From Geosiphon pyriformis uo1 (lineage: Eukaryota; Fungi; Glomeromycota): a DNA stretch of 64,000 nt. A model generated the notes under the pieces. It had not been told where the DNA came from. It saw only the letters and a list, made by a program, of their open reading frames with translations, and searched no databases. Each line of letters starts with the position of its first letter. The first letter of the stretch is position 1. The position numbers and the translations under genes are program-made. Shown here one piece after another: positions 34,932 to 48,990 of this stretch. The stretch covers positions 7,040 to 71,039 of the forward strand of contig JAAOMT010000072.1 of NCBI GenBank assembly GCA_016748015.1. Reading direction: 5' to 3'.

Positions 34932-37900
34932 GAAAAACCCAAGATCTTGGTGAAGTTGTAACTGAATATGCCAAAGCAATCAGAAAGTTAATTAAATGAG
35001 TAGACTCTAAAAGGAACTGAACAGAAAAACAAAAGATTTATTCTTTTACAAAAGGATTGAGAACTGATCTTTTATATGCTCTTTGGTCTCTCTTGGCTCC
35101 GAAAAACCATCTTATAATGAATATGGCCATTGAACTAGCCCAACAAATTGAAGACAACCAAAAAATGCACTTGGAATTCACATTACCAGTTTTTGCTCCT
35201 GTTTTTGTTATGGCTTCTGTTCCTCAAATGGCTGCTACTTCTTTTATTATCCAAACTTCAGATCACAATAAACAATTGATAGATAGACTCACAGCTAATC
35301 TTGTCTGGTTATTAGAACCCTTAGCCCAAGCAGTCAGAGATAATTAGCAACTATAAAGACTTAGATTTGAACCCCATTTTAATTAGCCCCAGCAACTTTC
35401 TTATTAAAGACAGCAAAATTGTGGTTCACTTGTGTGCTATCACTGTAGATTAACTAGACACTTTTCCAGAGATCGCAACAATCCTCTATTGCTTCCTTCA
35501 GTTTCTAGAAACAATAACAATCAAACTAACAGAATTATTAACAACAATGCCCCCAATTAAAGACCCAATCATGCCAATATCAATTTCTTTAAAGAGGATC
35601 CCCTAGTTAAAACCACTGTTTATTAGCCTTTAAACTGGTAAGTATATCTCCAAAGAGTAAGAGTGCAAGCCAACCAGAAGAAAACTTTTTTTATGCTTTT
35701 AATCTAACTAATGATGACTATGACATGAATGAACTAGCAATCAACATCTCTAAATTAACAAAAAAAAAGAAAAAACCCAAGGTTGATTTTGTTTTGGATC
35801 TAAACAAAGCATTCAAATAAACTGCTAATAACATTAAGTCATCAAAGACTAAAGTTTTTAAAAATCCTCCAAAGTTGGAATCTCCAGAAATAGTACAAAA
35901 ATCTGGTCCCTATCCTGTTTTTAAAGATCTCATGGAAATCAGAAAAGATCTTCACAAATCATTGATACTAAAAAAAAAAACACCAAAGACTAACAAATGC
36001 CTCCACCAAGTTGAACTTGCTAACAACAGCAATGTCACATCTTTAATTTGTAAAGCTCAAATGGCTGGTTACTTTATTGATTTGATCCTAGACAGTGGAT
36101 TATCGGTTAGTGTAATTGCCAAACACTTTCTTAAAACAATTGGCAGAAAGATTGATGAATCTTCTACTTGACCAATGACCAATATACATGATAACAAGAA
36201 GAAAGATCTGGACATAGTCAAAGCTGTTTCTGTTCATATTAATGGTATTAGCATTAAAACTGACATGGAGATATCTGAAGCCAAGAAATACACAATAATT
36301 ATTGGCAATAAATAACTTAAGAAAGCAAAAGCTCTCCTTAACTATAAACTTTGTAAGCTGATCATCAGATGTAATAAAAAGCCCATTGTGATTAAATGCT
36401 GTCATTAGACAACTCCTTTAGTACCCAAGCAAAACCAAGAAGAAAAACAATCAAATGAATCAGAAGATGATAAAAACAATAAAGAAGAACAAGAAAAAAC
36501 TGCTAAACTTGTCTATACTATTTTTACCAACAATGGCAAGCCACTGGACAATATTAAAGCTAACAAAAAAGGAATCATAGTAAATAGCAAGCTAATCTAC
36601 TGGTCTTATTATAATATTCTCAAAAGAATTTTTGATAAAAAACCTGGCAAGAAAGCAAAATACAGTTATTGGTGGCATGACCCTTGTGCCAGGTGCTAGT
36701 GCAATAAACTTTTGTATTTTCCTAGTAATGAATACAAGTTTTGTCTAATCTATTACAAAAATTAAAAGCCAATTAGTTTAATACCCAGAGAAGAACTAAA
36801 AGAAATACAAAAATCATTTGAAAAAAAACCATCTAAAATCCAATTATTAGTTTTAAAACAAAGAGAATCTTTCTCTGAAGAAAGAAAAGTGAACATTGAA
36901 AATCTGTTGGCTAAAAATAGCCCAGTTATCTCAAAAAAAAGTGACACCCTTGGACAAACCCATGTAATACAACACACTATTACTATAAAAAAAACTCATT
37001 CCATCTATTTAAAGCCTTATTAATCCAATTGATACAATAATAAGTTTATCAAGAAAGAGATAAACCAGATAAAAGATCTTGGGTTCATACAAAAAACCAA
37101 GAGTAAATGAGCTTTTCCAGTTGTAATGATATCCAAGAAAGGTGGAACTCTATGCTTCTGTGTCAACTACCACCAATTAAATGCCATCACTATAAGAGAT
37201 ATGTACTTACTTCCCAAAATTGATGCAATGCTAGACAAATTCAATGGTGCTGCTTTCTTCTCAACTATTGACTTAACTGCTGAATTTTGGCAAGTAGAAA
37301 TAGATTCAGAAAGCAGAAAGAAAACTGCCTTTATCACCAAGTATGGCACCTACGAATTAACAGTTATGCTTTTTGGTCTCACAAATACCTCTCCCATCTT
37401 TTAACACCTAATAGACAAAGTGTTTGAATCAGTAAAAGAAAATTTTGTTCTGGTCTACTTGGACGACATAATAGTATACTCAAAAACCTGGAATGAACAC
37501 CTTGAACACTTGCAAAAAGTTTTTGATCTCCTTAAAAATGCTGGTCTTAAAATCAATCCAATCAAATCTTTTTTTGGATGTCAATCCACCCAGTTTCTTG
37601 GTCATTTCATTACAAAAGATAGAATCTTCCCTGATCTAGCTAGGTTAAAAAAGTCTAGAACATTAGACAACCAATAAATATTCTTAAACTATGTTTTTTT
37701 CTTGGTTTGGCTTTTTACTATTGCAAATTTATTAAAGATTTTTCCAAAATCATCTTTTTACTCAATCAGCTACTCAGAAAAAATGTCAATTATTATTGGG
37801 GCATTTATTAACAAAAAGCTTTTGAAATTTTGAAGGAAAAACTTGTTACTAAACCAATTCTCAAACAACTTGACTTGAACCAATCTTTCATTCTTTATAT

Positions 37901-40151
37901 TGATACATCTGGCTATAAACTTGGTGCTGTTTTCTTACAGAAAAATAAAGATGACAGAGAACATACTATAGCATATGCCAGTAAATTCCTCACACCAGCA
38001 GAAAAGAATTATTCAGTAACTGAACAAAAATGCTTAATAGTAGTTTGGAGTTACTAGAATTAATATCTTCTTGGTATAAAATTTTTAGTGATAACAGATT
38101 ATCAAGCTTTGGTTTGGCTGTGCAATAAAAAAAAGCTGGAACACAAATGAATAACTCGCTGAATACTCAACTTGAATGAATTTGACTATAATATTCAACA
38201 CTACAAAAGAGCAAATTATCAAAATGCCAATACTTTCTCTAGACTTACCATCCAGTGACTCTTTTTTTAACAAACACAATAATAGACTTGGACAACTATT
38301 CTGTCTTAATGGAATTTTTGAGTAAAAGATAATATCCACTAGACTACACTTAACAGCAAAAAGAACATTTGCACAAACAATCAAATTTCTATTTGATTTG
38401 TCAGAACTAGTTATATAAAAGAAACAAGAAAGATTCTGACTGCTTCCAAAAAGTCATCAGATTTGAAAAAAGAGAAATTGTAATATATAACATGCACATT
38501 GACTCATTAGCTGGACACTTTGGAAAAACAAAAACAATTCAGAAAATCTTAGCTTATTATTATTGGCCTATTTTGGAAAAAACCATTGCTGAATATATTA
38601 AAACCTATAACATCTGCCAAAGAAAAGACAAATCCAATTGCAAAGAAGATATCCATCCAATCTCTGTTGGTCAACCATTTGACAAAATTGGTATAGATGT
38701 TGTTGAACTTTTAACAATAACTCCTGATAGCAACAGATACATTATCACAGCTACTAACTATCTTACAAAGTAGATAGAAGCAAAAGCCATTCCAGACCAA
38801 ACAGCAGTCTCAATAGCCAATTTTATTTATGAAGATATTATCTGCCATTATGGCTGCTCTAAAAAACTTTTATTTGATAAAAGAAAAGCTTTTTTCAGTA
38901 CACTGGTTGAAGAACTTTGTAGAAAAATGGGAATATGTTATAAACTTTTTTCTTCTTACCACCCTCAAACAAATGGCTTAGTAGAATATTTTAATAGAAC
39001 ATTATGTGAAACTTTAGCCAAAACCAGTAAAAAAACAAACTTATAGGACAAAGTACTATTTTCAGCTTTGTTTGCTTATAAAACTGTGAATCATGACATA
39101 ATAAGTTATAAACCTTTTATCTACTCTATGAATACATGGCAACACTACTAATAGAAATTGACATTGAAACAAATTTTTTAAAAAGATCACAATAAAAAAT
39201 TACAAAGACATTTTGCAAAGAAGACTTGATACCATTTTTGACTTCTTGGTAAAAGCATGAATAATTGCTTTTGAAAAAATAAAACAGGTTCAAGAAAAGC
39301 TTAAGAAAAAAAAAACCTATAAAACACTTTTTTTAAGTGTTGGTAACTTGGTATTAAAATACTATTCAGACAGAGACAATGTTTATAGTGATAAATTCTC
39401 TAGCCAGTAGAAAAGACTCTTTATAGTCAACAAAGTTTTGAACAATAGTTTTTATATTCTTCAAGATCAATCTGGAACAATCTTCAATAATTGTCCTGTT
39501 CATGATACACGACTCAAAAAATATCATAAATGACCTGATTGGTTGCCTGTTGTAATAATACCAACCCAAATGATCAGTAAAAATCAAGTATAAATAAATA
39601 CATCATTCCCAAAACAGAGGTATTTTTAATTGACATAAACAATTATTTTCTGGATTAAAACATTCAAAATATCTTCTATACTTTTCATAAGTATTGGATC
39701 AAAAACTATTTAAATGTTACTCTGACCATTGAAAAACAAACCACCATAACTGATAACAGTAGAATACATACTGTTATTAAACCAAAGAAAACTACTACCA
39801 AAAAAGAAAAAATTGGTAGCAAAATGGATAAATATTTGTTAGAAAATATAACAGCAGTTATACTCTTACCTTTCAGCACAATTGGAAAAACAATTTAAGA
39901 AATCTTGCTTATAGAAAAAAATTTGTCATATAGAAGACAATTAAAACTCTATGGTTGCTTAGAAGAATCATAGAGGATATGAAACTTATAAAGAAAACAA
40001 CTTTAGAGATACAAACAGAAATTTTGGGTATTATATGGTTAGATATTCCAAGAGTTTTAACTATTGTTAGAAAAGCCAAAACTCTAATACAAAGATTTGG
40101 TCTTTTGAATACAAAACTTATTTCATTTCAAGTATTATATACTCTATTTAC
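34932..40151 (+). mobile_element. Gypsy family A copy A4, body (gag end, PR, RT, RH, IN, ORF3), heavily decayed
   Basis: LILDSG, YLDD (ORF 37420-37677) and HIDSLAGHFG. Interrupted by family B and resumes at 50034. Confidence 0.9.
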
Positions 40152-41128
40152 TATTACTGGAGGTTTTTGGTCTCTTTTTTTAAATGTTATTAATGTTTGT
40201 TTGTTGTAAATTCACATTTTCTAGAAGTAGTTGAACCTCCAATAACTGAATTTATCTTCAAATTATCTCCTATAATTTGAACTGCTGGGCTTATGAGTGG
40301 AATGGCCAATTCCATGCCAGTTATTTTGTATAGTTACATTGTAGTAAATGTCAACTCTTTCTCAGGAATTGCTTGTCTGAAAGCTCACTAAAATGTGTAG
40401 TTACTTTGCTGTGAAAATCAACTCTTCTACAGAAATCTCATCTGTAGACTACTCTAATAATTGTAATAAAAAAAAGAAAAGAAAATAAAAAAAATATAAA
40501 AGAAATGGAATTTTATCAAGGAAAATGTTTTCTATTCAGGCCTGGAATTACTAACAGTTTACTGAAATTGGTAGCTAATTAATTTTAAAATGTTAGTTGG
40601 GTTTTGGGAATTTTTCAAGTGCAATAATTAAAGAATTTGGTTTTCAAATTATTTGATATTTATTTCTTTTTGTGTGTGTAAGAATGGTTCTAAGTGATAA
40701 TTCTAAAGTAAGATACTATGTTAAGATACTATGAAAAGATATGAGAAGAATATGGGAAGGATACATTTTCTTGAAGGGAGAAGCTTTTCTTTTATACAAC
40801 TTGTTGTATTACTAGTCTTTGAACTTGTACTTTTCTCTTTGCTACAATTTGGGTGAACTAAAAATACATTTTGGCGAATTTACAAGTTATTTCACTGAAC
40901 TATTAATTATTTCGGCAAATTTTCATTAATTTTGGCAAATTTTGACTATGTTAAATAGTTCAGGGTATTGTGTAATTTAATCATCTTAATTTCTAGAGTA
41001 CAAATTGGATTATTGATTGAGTAATAATGTTTAATACTTTGATTAAATAATAAGTAATAATTGAAATAGTGATAATATATGCTAATTAATTATAGGAATT
41101 ATAAAGGTAATTTTATGCTAATTAATAG

Positions 41129-41836
41129 CTAAAATTCTACTGGTAACATAATCTCCTCCTTAAGACTGAACTCCATCAAAGTCCAAGCACTATCTGTGAT
41201 GTTAAGATAGTGGTCCAAGATAATTGAAGTGATCTGGTCTAAAAATTGTTGAAATTTCAGTTCTGTGAGTTTTCCAATATATTGAATCTTCATTGGATGG
41301 AGTATTGGATTTTGTAGAACATTTTCACAAGTGTTGAATAAATCATAAAATCTAGATGCTGTTCTAAGTTTGTAGCAAGTATTTGTTGGTCCAGCTGCTG
41401 TTTTGAATTCATTGTGAATTTGTGTTTGTATAGCCTTAAGAGTGATGTTGGTTGCTTCAAGTTTCAGTTTTTGTTCATAAAGTGTTTTTCCAATATGAAA
41501 ATATCTATATATAAGAGTATGTTCATTGTTCTGTCCATTAAGAAATAGTAGAAGTTTTTGTTGTATTGTGGCATTTGGTGGAATGTCAATAGGGGCAATT
41601 AAAAGGTTTTCTTTTAGTGCTTGCTTCAAAAGTTCTGGTAACCTATTTCCAGAGTGATTTCTTGTTTTTTTTCTATAAAGATGATAGTTCTGAGAATTAT
41701 TTACTATTGGGACTGTGGTTTTTTTCTGAATGTAATTAATTTGACTTTCATTAATTGTTATAGACAAGTCAGGAAGTGTTTTCAAAGCTAACATTAATTT
41801 TTGGGATATTTGTTGAATATTTCGGAGAATAATCAT
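41129..41836 (-). CDS. Family B ORF3 (235 aa, intact frame, stop in 3' LTR), unknown function
   Basis: Open frame downstream of integrase. The C-terminal motif RFYDLF...IGKLTELKFQQFL resembles ORF3 of families A and C. Confidence 0.7.
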   Translation of the reverse strand: MIILRNIQQISQKLMLALKTLPDLSITINESQINYIQKKTTVPIVNNSQNYHLYRKKTRNHSGNRLPELLKQALKENLLIAPIDIPPNATIQQKLLLFLNGQNNEHTLIYRYFHIGKTLYEQKLKLEATNITLKAIQTQIHNEFKTAAGPTNTCYKLRTASRFYDLFNTCENVLQNPILHPMKIQYIGKLTELKFQQFLDQITSIILDHYLNITDSAWTLMEFSLKEEIMLPVEF

Positions 41837-42019
41837 GATAAAAATAACTAATTAATAATAAAGTTTGAAAAGAATAAAGAAAATTATTTCTGAGTATAGG
41901 GTTTTTATTTGTTTTTGGGTTTAAATATTTCTTTGTAATTATTTACTATTTTTGATTTATGTTTTGTAGATTATATAAAAAATTATTGTAAAATTATGTT
42001 GAATTAAGTGTTCAAGTTT

Positions 42020-43389
42020 GGCTGTTGTTCTATTATAATTATTGGTTCTAAATTTTGGGGAATATCTTCAGGATTAATTAAAGAGAAATATGTACCAATT
42101 TGTGGAATTAATGGTTCAGGATTGTTTCTGGAATAATAGTGTTTTAATCTATCTCCATATGTAACTTTTGCTAGTACTTTGTCATTAAGTCTTAATTTGT
42201 ATGATCTATTGCCTAGAATTTCATGAATATAAAATAGTCCATCCCATTTGTTTTCAAATTTTCCACTTCATTGTTTTTCAGCCTTAGTTCTGTGTAAGAG
42301 AACTTTATTTCCAACTTTAAATTTGTTGGTTATGAATGGTAATTTGTTGTCATGTCTTTTTTTTTGTTGAGCTTGGGAATGTTCAATATGAGTTGCTGCT
42401 ATTTTTCTTTTTCTTTCCAGTGTATTAAAAAGAGTGTAGGCCCTTCTTTGGAGTGTTTTTTGAAAGTTTTCTTCATTGATTGGTTGCACTGGGTATGTTT
42501 CCACTGTGAAATTAATTGGTAATGTTGCTGTCCTTTCATAAGTAAAATCAAATAGTGTGTGTTTCATAGTATTTTGTTTTAGTGTTCTGTATGCTAGTAA
42601 CACTGATAGAATAAAGATATCCCATTCCTGCTCAAAATCTGTTGAGACTTTGGCTAAAGATTCACACAATGTTCTGTTGAAACATTCTACAAGTCTATTT
42701 GTTTGAGAGTGATAAAGTGATAATAGAGGTTTTTTGACATTGAATTGTTTACAAATTTCTTGTATCAAGTTGTTCACAAAATGTGTTCTTTGATCAGATA
42801 AGAGTTCAATTGGACATCCATGTCTACAAATAATGTCTTCATAGATGAAATTTGCTACTGATTTTGCATCTGCTCTTTGGATGGCTCTAGCTTCAGGCCA
42901 TTTGGTGAGATAATCTACTGCAACTGCAATATAATGATTTTCTTGGGTTGTAATAGATAATGGTCCAATTAAATCAATTCCAACTCTGTCAAAAGGCTGC
43001 CCAACTTTGATTGGATTTAAAGATTCTGTGGAACAAGTTTCTTCTCTTTTTTGACAACTATCACAAGATTCTATATATTGTCAAATGTCTTTTTGCATGT
43101 AAGGCCAAAAATAATGTTCAAGAGTTCTTTGAATTGTTCCATCTCTTCCCAAGTGTGCTGAGGATGGGTCTGTATGCATGTTGTATAAAATTGTTTCTTT
43201 TTCATTCTCTTGTACTGATCTGAGTGGTTGGTTTGGGTTTTTGTGATTTTTATAATAAATTTTGTTGTGGTGTATGAAATATTGTTTTAATTGGTATTGT
43301 AAACGATGTTTTTCACTTGAAGACCAATTTTCTGACATGGTAAGGGTCTCCAAATAGTTTTTAAGATTGCTGTAGTTTTTGAGATCCAT
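42020..43389 (-). pseudogene. Integrase, family B
   Basis: MDLKNY..., HTDPSSAHLG, CDSCQ, GIDLIGP, HSQTN and VGNKVLL. Confidence 0.9.
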
Positions 43390-43446
43390 TGTTGTTTGGT
43401 TATTTTGTTGGTAGGTTAGTAAGTTGTGATGGAATTGTTGTTGGTG

Positions 43447-44900
43447 TTAATCTTGTCTTATTCTTAAGAGGCTATTAACATTGGTGTGTAGTTTTCCTGA
43501 TTTGTGATGTACAATGTATCTGTAGTTTGCTAAGAAGTCATTTCATCGAGACTGTTTGGCACTTTGTTCAGTTTTCTTTTTATTAAGCCATTTAAGGCCA
43601 ATATTATCAGTTATTATGTCAAATTCTTTTCCATTCTTTAGGTATTGTTGAAAGTGTTTGAGAGCCCAGATGACTGCAGCGGCTTCCAATTCAGTTGAGC
43701 CATATTTGAGTTCTGTTGGCTTGAGTGTTCTGCTGGCATAGATAATAACTTGTTTCTGGCCATTTTCATCCAATTGTGATAAGATGACACCAAATGTTAT
43801 GTGTAAAGCATCAGTGACTAATTGGAACTGTTTGTTGAAGTCTGGGTAAGCAAGAACTGGGACTGTTGTCAATTTTGTTTTGAGAGTTTCAAAAGCTTTT
43901 TGTTGTTCTTCAGTCTATTTGTATGGCACATTTTTGTTGGTAAGATAATTGAGTGGTTTGGCAATTTCTGAGAATTTTTTTATGAATTTTTGATAGTAAG
44001 AGGCTAATCCTACAAATCCTCGTAGTTCTGTGGTATTTCTGGGAGTTTGAAAGTTTTTGACAGTACTGATTGTTTCTGGATTTGGTTTGACTCCATTTTT
44101 ACTAACTATGTGTCCAAGAAAAATCAAGCTTGTTTTTTCAAAGTGACATTTCTCAATATTCAACTTTAATTCTGTTTTCCATAATCATTGAAAAACTTCT
44201 TGTAGGTAAATAAGATGGGCTTCAAAGCTTGGTAAGTATACATCAATGTTATTAAGATAGACAACTACTGATTGCCACAAAAGTCCTTCATATACAACAT
44301 CTATGAGTCATTAAAATGTTGCTGGTATATTGCAGAGTCCAAAAGGCATAACATTTAACTCATAATTTCCTCCTTGAGTGGTAAATGCTGTTTTGGGTCA
44401 GTCCTTTGGGTCCATTTCGACTTGCCAGTATTCACTTTCCAAGTCCAAAGTTGAGAAGAACTTGGCTTTTCCTAAAGCATCTAATATGTCATCAATTCTT
44501 GGAAGAGAGTAGGCATCTCCAATTGTTACACTGTTTAATTGGCAATAGTCAACACAAAATCTGATTTTTCTATTTTTCTTTTTGACAAGAACTACTGGTG
44601 AGGCAAAGACTTTTTGATGGTTAAATCAATCCGTTATTGAGCATTCTCTGGACTTCTTCTCTGTTGAATTGGTGGTTGGCAGGTGGCACTCTGTAAGTTT
44701 GTTGACATTTTGGTGGAGCATTTCTTGTATGGATCTAATGTTGAACAATATCAGTTTTTTCCAGGTCATTGTTGTCTTTTGCAAATATATCTGTAAATTT
44801 GGCTATCAATTGTTTCAATTATCTTTGTTGTTGAGATTCTAAGGAATCCATATTAATTCAAGAGAGTTTTTCTTCCAAAAGATGGTAGTTTTCAGTAATA
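43447..44900 (-). pseudogene. RT + RNase H, family B
   Basis: FCVDY, LDLESEYWQV, MPFGL, LVTDA, YASRTL and ITDN. Confidence 0.9.
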
Positions 44901-45289
44901 AGAATGATATTTAGATTTGGGAGTAGAGTGTGCCTTACAATTTCAATGAAATTAGAGACAATTTGAGGGTTTTTATTTTGAAAGATATTGCTGTGTATAA
45001 TTCCAATCTCTAATTTGTTTAATAAGACAATAGGGTAATTATTGGGGTTGTAGAATGTAACTCAAAATTTTTTCATTTCTTTGAGAATATAAACATTTGG
45101 AATTAAGATTTCATGCTTCAAACAGATTTGTTTATTGGATTCAAAGATTTGTTGTATAGTAGTGGGTTTTGAGCAAGTGTAAATTTCGTGATGTTCTCCA
45201 AAAGGTGAAATAGTAATTGGTTGGGGAAGTTAAAGAATCTGGTAAGATTCATTTTGTGTATTAAGAGCTATGTTTACTGGAACTGTAAA

Positions 45290-45610
45290 TCGTCCAGTTG
45301 AACCAAAACCTTGAGTTTCTTTTTTACTTTTTCTCAATTGTTCTTAATCCTAAATGGTTTGTCTGTTTTATTTTGCAATATGATGGTAATGTCTTCAGTA
45401 TATTTTGCATCTATGATTTCTCCTTTAACATTGATTTTTTTGCTTGCCAATAATGATCTGGATGCAATTTGAACCATTGCTCCAAATGGAATTTTAAGAG
45501 CAATTTTAAGATTGATTTTGGTCAAAGATTTTGGTTGGAGAACCAAAGTATCTTTTCCTAGATATCTGAGGTTATTTTTTGCATCAATTTCGTGGGCTTT
45601 TTCTGGTTTT
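45290..45610 (-). pseudogene. dUTPase, family B
   Basis: QIASRS, IIDAKY (DAGY), ILQN and the C-terminal GFGSTG. Partly deleted. Confidence 0.85.
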
Positions 45611-46560
45611 ATTTTTTGCCCATTATTATCAAAGTATTTGAGTTGTATAGCAGACTGGTTTTCAATAAGATAGATTGGTGTTGTTGTGATTTCTTTCTTT
45701 GTTTCAGGTTTTCCAAATTTGATTTCTTCCTGGTCATTTTCATTGAGTAAGGGAATACTAAAAGCATAGCATTCTGAACACTATTTGTTATCACAAAACA
45801 TGATGCATTTTTCACACAATTGAATGTTTATTTGCTCTAATTGTTGAATTTGAGCTTCTTGGGTTGGATAAGTGTGGCTTGCAATTTGGTGGTATGTTTC
45901 TACCTTATCTTCATAGTTGAATCCAGCTAATTCTATTGTGTATTCAATATATTCAGCTTTTTTCATTTGGTGGACATCTTCCTGTGTGGCTTTATTAATT
46001 AAAGTCATTGCTAAATTAAAGATTATTTCAGCATCATGAGGGTAGTGGTAAAGTTTATTGAAAACACTGTTGTATGCTGCATTAAATGGTGTTCCTCTTC
46101 TGACTTTTTCCAAAATTGATAGAATATATTGACAGGTTTGATCACATATTCCTCCTCTCATTGCAACATCAATCCAATTGCATTCTTCTGGTAGCATATT
46201 TCTATATGTAAGGCAAGAAGTGTTGTCTTATTTTTCACTCCTTTTAAGATATCCAAATCGTTTTTTATGGCATGCTTTACAAAAGTAGCAGGTACGAGTT
46301 TCATATTCCTCTTCTGGAGAAATACATACTTCCATTGATGAAAGTTTTTTGTTGCAATCTTTGCATTTAAGTGGAATGTAGAGTGGTTGTTTCTGTGGCT
46401 CTGGTGTAAAATATCTAACTTTCTTCCATTCTCTTGATTCCTCAAAAATTTTTTGTTCTGTTTCCTCAGCCCAATTGAATGTTGATCTAAGAGCCATATA
46501 GGTTTTAGTAAATGGCATTTCTTTCTCCTCTTCAAATTCAAATACTGGGGCTTTTTCTGA

Positions 46561-48990
46561 TTATTTGTTGAAAGTACCACAAGTAGCAGGTACTATGGTG
46601 TATTGTTCTTGGTATGAGATTTTTAGTTCTTGAGTTTCCCAATCTAAGTTTGTATTGGCCTTAAGAAGCCAATCATTTCCGACCAAAGCTTGGTATTGAG
46701 GTGCATCCATGACTAAAACTTTAACTAAAATGGTGATTCCATCAATAGTAAATGAGAAATTGTCAATTTCTTCTACTGGTGTCTTTTTCATATCATCTGC
46801 TGTAACAATTACAGTTTGGGCTGGTCTGTCAACAGTTCTTTGAAGCTGTTGCATTAATTGGTAGGTAATAATACTTTCGGTTGATCCACTGTTTAGAATT
46901 AGTCAGATGGGTTTTCCTTCTACTATAGCTTCAGTGTACATAGCAGTGATAGTTTTTTGTTCATTAGCTGCTGCATTACTAAGCAAGAATGGTGATTTAT
47001 TTACTTCAAATTCGAATGAGAATATATCTGAGAGGTTGGCATTTTGAGCAATTTGGGCTGGTGGGATTGTATTGTTGGAAGGATTTTGTCTTGGTGCTGC
47101 AGCTTTACCTTCAGAAAGTGCAGGTTGTTGAAAATCCGATCCTTCAGGCATTGTAAGATAACTGGGTTGAGTGTGATAGTGATTGGGTCTTTGCTGACCA
47201 GAATTTCGAAGAACCAACTGGTTATTTGGGTTGATTCTGTTGTTGTTATTCTGAAATTGATTTTGGGATGTGAATTGGTTATGTTGAACCAATTTTCTGG
47301 CTGGTACTTGATATTGTTAAATGAGTGGTGTCTGATATTGCTGAATTGGTAAAGATTGTTGATATTGCTGTTGCATTGGCTGTGGAGCTGGTTGATAGTA
47401 ATTGTTTTGGTTTTGTGGTCTTGATAAGTAATAAGTTGGTGGTGGAGGTTGGTAATAAGATTGTTGTGGTGAAGAATAATGTTGATTACTTCTGTTTTGT
47501 TGGTCTCTTTGTAATTTCTTACAATCTCGTTTCCAATGTCCTGGAATTCCACAATAATGACAATTTTAAGGTTGGTTGTTAGATGGTAATCCAAAGTTGT
47601 TTTGAATGCGTCATTGTAGGAGTTGATATCTTTGTGGTTGTTGCTGCTGTTGTTGTTGGTTTGTAAAATAGCTTTTAACCTTCTTTGTAAGTTGGTCTAT
47701 CTTCTCTTCAACTGCTGAGCTGGTTTTTCCAATTGCAAGATTTACAAGCTTGGTGTGATTTGCTTTTTCTATTGCTATTTCATAGCTCTTTGCATGTCTA
47801 ATGGCAGTTGCTAAGTCTGCTGGAGCATGTGGATGAACTTTCTTTATCAGTTTGTCTTTTAACTCTGCTATAAACTGGTCCAAAATCTGAGCATCAGAAT
47901 AGTAGTCATTGGTTTCCAATTGTCAAATTTGTCTGAGAAGTTTGTTGAATCTCTCAAGATAAGTCATAATAGTTTTAGATGTTTCTTGCTTGATATTGTG
48001 AAAGCAGTTTCTGAGAGTAATAGAGGTGTTGTTGTTGGTAAATTGTTGTAGAAAAGTATCTTTGAATGCTTGCCAGTCTTCAAATGGTTCTTTTAAGTTT
48101 TCAAACCATTCTTCTGCAGTTTCTTGGAGAAAGTATGGGATTGCTTTAAGTATTCTTGCTGCATTTCAACTATTTGCATCTCCTGCTTTTTGAACTTTGT
48201 TAAGCCATTTTTGAGAACTGGTGTTATTATTTTCATCTGTAAATTCTGGAATCTTTGCAATGTAAGCAGTTGCTATTTTTTTTTTGTTTTCTGTGGCTTC
48301 TTCTTGTTTTGATTCAGTTTTTTCACTTTCCAAATTTTCTGAATGATCACTTTCGTTTTCCTGCAAGTATTCAATAATATTGGTGCTTGTTAATATGGGT
48401 TCCTGCTGTTGAGTAAGATTTTTAGGTAACTGAAAATCTTCTGGTCTGGAAAAATAGTTAAGTGGTGAATTTGGTGTTTGTGGCTGAGTGAGTGAAATTG
48501 GAAATGGTGTAATTGAAAGTGGTAATTTGACACTGGTTTCTTGTTCAGGTGTTTGCAAGTGTTTGGCAGTTGTCTTTTGTAGTATTGGAGTGTTTGGAGT
48601 GGTTTTTGAGTATTGTTTTACTTTTTGTTTGCCTTTATTGCTTGGTTCAGTTTCTGATTCAAAGTCAAAAGAGTATTTAAACTGTACTGGATATTTTTCT
48701 TCACAATACTCAATAATGTTAAAATTAAGTTCTTAAAAGTAGGTAGCAAGTGTTTCACTGTTCAGGTCTTCTGTTTCCAATTGTGAATAGTGCATTAAAT
48801 TATTGTAGAGGTTGTTTCTCACTTCTGAAATATTGTAGTTTCCAAAAAAATAATTGTTGATATAGTTTTTAATGTATTGGTATACTGATTTCTTGACAAC
48901 TTCAATTCCGTCTGGGATGTTGAATTTTTGTTTGCAGTAGGTGTAAATTGACTAATAATACTCTAGAGTTGCTGTGTTTGGTGTGGTTGC
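46561..48990 (-). pseudogene. Gag + protease, family B
   Basis: IAKIPEF, QILDQFI, CHYCGIPGHWKRDC, LILNSGS and LVGNDWL. Confidence 0.85.

Noticed and set aside
41129-41836. ORF3 as an envelope gene (endogenous retrovirus)
   Set aside because: It is short, with no visible signal peptide, furin site or transmembrane helix.
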